Shown here: piece after piece, positions 60,501-64,000 of the stretch | Numbering within the stretch: the first letter of the stretch is position 1 | Layout of the letters: the number at the start of each line of letters is the position of its first letter | IMG/VR virus record: IMGVR_UViG_3300031857_000005 | Span: 186,001 to 250,000 of that record | Strand: one strand, 5' to 3' | Length of the DNA: 64,000 nucleotides | The notes under the pieces: model-generated | What the model was told of the DNA's origin: nothing | The model's input: only the letters and a program-made list of their open reading frames with translations | The model's database searches: none | Made by a program: the position numbers and the translations under genes

Positions 60501-62854
60501 ATCCAACGGCAAGTTCTCACACACCACCTTGGTTTTGGTTTAATGATTATCAACAACAAGAAATTTTAATATTAGTTAGAGGTGTTGATCCATATACTGA
60601 AAAACAAGAAATAAAATACGATTTATCTGAATTATTTGGACAACCATTGGGTACCACAACAGTTACGGGAGAATATTTTTTAAATATTCCGATACAACAA
60701 AATTCTGGTAACCCGACATATTATTATGATCAACAAACACCTGAATCACATAGTTTAGCAACATCAAACTCAAATACATTTTTATTTCATCAACCAATAG
60801 GATTTACGGTAGATACCTCGGCGTTTACTGCATTCACAACCGATTCACCACGATATTACATATCAACAGATAAATCAACAATATCTTATATTCACGGTTC
60901 GTATGATGCGGGGTATCCTATGTCAAACTGGATAGAGGCAAATGGTAGAGTTGAGAATGGTAATGGACTACCTCAAATTTTTAGATGGAAAAGTACTATT
61001 GGTGCAACAACAATATTAAGTGATTTTATAGGTAGAGTTGATGGTGGCTCATTTACGGTTACAAATGCAATTAACTATATTTGTTATGATGGAGGACTTG
61101 GACTTATTGGTCCACCGGTATTCTCAACAACCAGCCCATTAGCAAGATGTTACGCACCTGCATATCATGTGAGTGCAAATGGTAATATACCATTAACAAC
61201 AAATATAACCCCAAGTCAAAATTTAATATTTAGATCAGATAGGTTACCTACATCTGACTCAACAGATACTGTTGGATATAACTCATTCCCATTACATCAA
61301 AATAATAACTTTACATTCTACGCAATTGATGAACAAGGACAGGTAACTAACTTTAACGCTTCAGGTGATGGAGTACAAGGATTAAATGATTTAGATGCGT
61401 TTAGTGAATTAGGAACAGGATCTACGTCAACAATTGTGGAAACATTTAGTTGTGAAGGAATGGTTCCATTAAAATGTTATTCAGGTGCGGGAATTAATTT
61501 TGGTGTTTCAGATCCTTGTACTTTTAATCAAACAGGAGAAAATGGTGTAAATAAAAGAGTTAATGGTGGATGTTATTATTTTGTTGATGACAAATTAGTG
61601 AAAACTATTAAAGATGACATTAAGTATTTAGCGGAATGGAGAACAAGATTTAGAATCATATTTGGAGCTTGTAGAGGAGTGTTTGGGCATATGTTCCAAA
61701 ACAATTGGATTAACGGTACATTATATATGCCAACATTCAATAAACAAACAACGTATAATATAATAGGACAACCTAATTATAATTTCTGTGAAGATATTGT
61801 AATGTTTAATGATATTAGTAATAACTTCTATTATAGAAGTACTCCATATGCGGATAATATAGGTGAATTTATTGGTGGACCTCAACCAACCATAAGTAAC
61901 TTCTTCACTAATTTGACAGGATATCAACCACAAGATGATTCACAAAATACAAGACAAATTCTATTCCCAACTACAATTATGGATTTAGGAAAAAGAGACG
62001 AATTTATATCAGAGATTTGTGGGGATCCGGACTTCAGTGGTAAATATTTAGCGAATACAATAAAAAGTACTTCATATCAAGATAGTTCAGATGTATTACA
62101 GTTAGCAATAATCTCAAGAATAGTAAACTCAACATTCTTAGAACAAGTACTATCTATCCAAAATGGTGGTATTGAACAATTCTTTAATCGACCTGGAGAT
62201 AGAATTGATGGAGATATTGCACAATCCTTCTCAATAAATTCGGAATATCAAGTCAATCCGTTTATCGGTGGTAACTATCCTGATGATTATATATGGGTTG
62301 CACAAAATACAAATGGGGAACCTGTTTTTGGGATATTCTATAATACAAGTGAAAACGAATATAGAAATAGGAGAGCATTGTCACCTGGGTATAATATTTA
62401 CAGTTTCCAAACCAATCCTCCATTACAAACATATATAGGATACCCTGATACACAAGAAGTTCCATTATATAAATGGAAAATTGACACAAGTAACGCCAAT
62501 AGTATTTTTGGAAATCAAGACAATACATGGTATACCGATAGTAGTGGTGGTGGTTTTTATAAAAGAGGATATCAAGATTTAGACGCAGTATCGGACGATT
62601 ATTTTAAGACTTCTGATATGTCTCAGACATTCCCTAACATTTATTATGGGTTTATTACAAATTTTGCGGTACCGCCAGCACCACCCGCAATACCACCCGC
62701 AGTACCACCCGCACAACCTAACCCATCTACCGTATTACCATCGGCTAATGGAGTTTTAGTTGGTTCACCAAACCATTTCTATTTTGGATTAAAAAACGGA
62801 AAAACCGCATTAAATAGATTTATAAAAATATATATAGATACAGAATTAGACTAA
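57590..62854 (+). CDS. large baseplate/fibre-associated virion protein (gp7-like position)
   Basis: N-terminal carboxypeptidase-regulatory-like beta domain (GVVVGRV...VPNAKVSVF); follows the gp6-like gene; internal hydrophobic segment. Confidence 0.6.
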   Translation: MPKSYRIRTEPGVDKSIKIQLDQDFEYLEILSLKIFQNDIYTRMCSDYGVVVGRVLVNGGFGVPNAKVSVFIPITDEDEQNPIISQLYPYKNIDDLNDDGYRYNLLPYEPSYQGHSATGTFPSREDVLTDAALVEVYDKYYKFTVKTNESGDYMIFGVPTGEQTIFMDVDLSDIGCFSLSPQDLINSGLATETQVDGNKFKTSTNLRELPQVKTLNKIVQVQPLWGEPEICLLGITRVDFDLTASANVNIQPTSVFMGSMFSTTNEDAVKKSCKPKINTGNMCELIAGPGQILAIRQTINTDDNGYPVLEQYRLEQDGKIIDGEGTWLVNLPMNLDYVTTNEFGEQVLSNDPKVGIPTTSKYRFKIKWQNEEGLQNNFMRGNYLVPNIKEHGWNSTDENNDPFKNSDTYTSEYQASIPVGSTSLSVGPIPRGGFFLNSVVNTQQLTIEVNGVPYYGSLDSVPLPNVNNIITFNAIPIDNTQPIDIVFTIYDEPLFNLLRSYAFSLDWDDYYDTQAAIDCEDSFYKFHYNKVYTVSSFIDRYKNGSNRARHLGIKEITNRTCQSENNKLPVNDLVRNFDFIFFLFTLLLAIVSPMIVIIIVVNHVLALIYPIIVAIANFVIKLVNGIVYNICKIVKNLGGNVECKKETLEPMSEDNPFKRLSLPMMTYPDCEACSCPDESLVTSSSVAGSWNAAALGINISILSDLGTLGSYSTWTLNPTNNPCGLTFSSTPDQTAWDQGSQQLFAGAVNPARVYYKVPIWEELGPDGASANSGQLFKRFGDGMTLAQSMNMANLRSRYFDITARNRITVTPNPTLVGTTTLGVGGNSYQDLSMIMLADQGTISQLVGKVISFTNPVNTNDFNVTGGTENQFGGNAITGTTLGVGTYTVPLTYMNDLGVNITSDITVVGTESEKEYLYKSGIEYFQVVAGYTWDELVSTGPLQPQGTYVGSTVTNSGVLWKYFFQNKISYLNPTASSHTPPWFWFNDYQQQEILILVRGVDPYTEKQEIKYDLSELFGQPLGTTTVTGEYFLNIPIQQNSGNPTYYYDQQTPESHSLATSNSNTFLFHQPIGFTVDTSAFTAFTTDSPRYYISTDKSTISYIHGSYDAGYPMSNWIEANGRVENGNGLPQIFRWKSTIGATTILSDFIGRVDGGSFTVTNAINYICYDGGLGLIGPPVFSTTSPLARCYAPAYHVSANGNIPLTTNITPSQNLIFRSDRLPTSDSTDTVGYNSFPLHQNNNFTFYAIDEQGQVTNFNASGDGVQGLNDLDAFSELGTGSTSTIVETFSCEGMVPLKCYSGAGINFGVSDPCTFNQTGENGVNKRVNGGCYYFVDDKLVKTIKDDIKYLAEWRTRFRIIFGACRGVFGHMFQNNWINGTLYMPTFNKQTTYNIIGQPNYNFCEDIVMFNDISNNFYYRSTPYADNIGEFIGGPQPTISNFFTNLTGYQPQDDSQNTRQILFPTTIMDLGKRDEFISEICGDPDFSGKYLANTIKSTSYQDSSDVLQLAIISRIVNSTFLEQVLSIQNGGIEQFFNRPGDRIDGDIAQSFSINSEYQVNPFIGGNYPDDYIWVAQNTNGEPVFGIFYNTSENEYRNRRALSPGYNIYSFQTNPPLQTYIGYPDTQEVPLYKWKIDTSNANSIFGNQDNTWYTDSSGGGFYKRGYQDLDAVSDDYFKTSDMSQTFPNIYYGFITNFAVPPAPPAIPPAVPPAQPNPSTVLPSANGVLVGSPNHFYFGLKNGKTALNRFIKIYIDTELD

Positions 62855-64000
62855 TGGGTATTGATAACGAAACAAGAATTATTTTAGGATCTCTGAGAAA
62901 TAAAGTTTCTCCTAATGTTGATATGCTATCTAATATAACATTAGAACAGACACAAAGAGAAAATATTGAATTTGATAGAACTGCGGATGTAAATTTACAA
63001 CAACTTTATATTAATGAAAGGGAAGCGTCTCAAATTTTTAGACCTACTTGTAAATTTTCATTCATATTTAAAAATAATTATGTTGGATCTACAAACTATA
63101 CTCCGTTTAAAAATAATATGTTTTATGCAAACGCAATACAAAATGCGGTTACCGCAACTGTAAACCCAAATTTACCTTGGGATGGTTATCCTCAGTATTT
63201 TGAATTTGATTTTATTAGAACGGATAATAATAATCCTGGATACACACAACCCCCAAATAATCATTTGACTTTTGTTAATAAAAGTGCGACTACATATAAT
63301 TGGACTCATTACATGAGTTATGCTTATGATAATAACCCAAACAAACAATTAGAAGCGGTTGATCAACAAACAACAACATCTTGGTCGTGGGTGGCATCTG
63401 ATGGTATCCCATTTATTATTGTTGTTGGAAGTAATGACAATACAAGAGTTATATCTTTTAGATGTGTTATGCCACATGGGTTAAATATAGGGGATTATGT
63501 TTATTTATCTTTTGATTATTTTGGAGATCAGTTGTTTTTAGTATCTAGTTTAGGTGATACGGGGTTTGGTAGTGAAGAGTACATTTTCAACATAGACAAC
63601 ATAGGTTATATCGGTACAACATTTAATCAGGGAGTTACTGGTACTTTTAAAAAAGTATTGGATGATGCGAATTCAGGGGAAACAATGTCAACTTATTATG
63701 TGAGAAGACATAAAATACTCACAAGTTCTGATAACGCAGTGTTGGTTAAAGCCGGATTTGAACAAAATATATTTACATCAAAAAGTAAGTTAGAACCTGC
63801 AGTTTTAACCCCAAATAATCTTGTAAGAACATCTGTTAAGGAAGGTAATCAATCTTACACATTAACATTTAATTCTGACATTGATATAACAGGATTAATT
63901 GATAATCAAAAACGACCTTTAAGTGAATTATACTTCACTACTATATGGAAAGGTTATTTTGGGTGGACAAACCCATTAAAGGAAGGATTTACATTCAACC
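62854..64000 (+). CDS. baseplate-region structural protein (3' end lies outside the window)
   Basis: ATG overlaps the upstream TAA; frame MGIDNETRIILGS... stays open to the window end; absent from the ORF track because it has no stop. Confidence 0.75.
   Translation, partial: MGIDNETRIILGSLRNKVSPNVDMLSNITLEQTQRENIEFDRTADVNLQQLYINEREASQIFRPTCKFSFIFKNNYVGSTNYTPFKNNMFYANAIQNAVTATVNPNLPWDGYPQYFEFDFIRTDNNNPGYTQPPNNHLTFVNKSATTYNWTHYMSYAYDNNPNKQLEAVDQQTTTSWSWVASDGIPFIIVVGSNDNTRVISFRCVMPHGLNIGDYVYLSFDYFGDQLFLVSSLGDTGFGSEEYIFNIDNIGYIGTTFNQGVTGTFKKVLDDANSGETMSTYYVRRHKILTSSDNAVLVKAGFEQNIFTSKSKLEPAVLTPNNLVRTSVKEGNQSYTLTFNSDIDITGLIDNQKRPLSELYFTTIWKGYFGWTNPLKEGFTFN

Noticed and set aside
957-62528. Many short ORFs in the track that overlap long genes on alternative frames or strands (e.g. 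957, 8999, 14801, 30464, 46429, 54320)
   Set aside because: Shadow ORFs of long coding sequences with no motifs or promoters
1-64000. Stop-codon reassignment (TAG or TGA), as seen in some large phages
   Set aside because: Very long ORFs are intact in code 11; TGA ends several genes and TAG ends the RHH gene; no genes appear fragmented
1-64000. Giant eukaryotic virus origin suggested by GT60, eukaryote-like RNR and SOD
   Set aside because: Contractile tail sheath, tube, baseplate and gp32/gp41-like genes identify a tailed bacteriophage
1-64000. tRNA or rRNA genes
   Set aside because: Intergenic gaps are short and none shows a cloverleaf or T-loop signature

Overview
A 64-kb, very AT-rich, gene-dense segment of a large T4-like contractile-tailed (myovirus-type, probably jumbo) bacteriophage, read in the standard genetic code. 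Structural genes: neck proteins (gp13/gp14-like), tail terminator, tail sheath, tail tube, hub chaperone, tape measure, several very large baseplate proteins, gp25- and gp6-like wedge proteins and fibre/decoration proteins. Replication and nucleotide genes: family-B DNA polymerase, SNF2-type helicase, gp32-like SSB, RecA/UvsX, 5'-3' exonuclease, DnaB-like helicase, NrdA/NrdB and a free-standing GIY-YIG homing endonuclease. A Bacteroidota host is inferred, not shown, from SD-less A-rich leaders, DUF285 repeats and CysC/DUF2061 linkage. The most interesting part is the 14-kb left end. There, six glycosyltransferase-like genes (GT8, TibC/Aah-type heptosyltransferase, GT9-like, GT60, GT25, HtrL-GT2 fusion), a methyltransferase and an apparent self-contained PAPS/sulfation module (sulfotransferase, APS kinase, a small HIGH nucleotidyltransferase that may be a minimal ATP sulfurylase, DUF2061) surround Ser/Gly-repeat and Pro-Thr mucin-like virion proteins. 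This suggests a system that builds a sulfated/methylated glycan coat on the virion. Other points: a start-less +1-frame ORF behind the hub chaperone (probable programmed +1/-2 frameshift), a zincin-MnSOD fusion under a late-type promoter, a strand-oriented TATTTAT(A) late-promoter motif before 17 genes, and an RHH regulator divergent from the sheath gene. All family assignments come from motifs recognised by eye; no searches were run.
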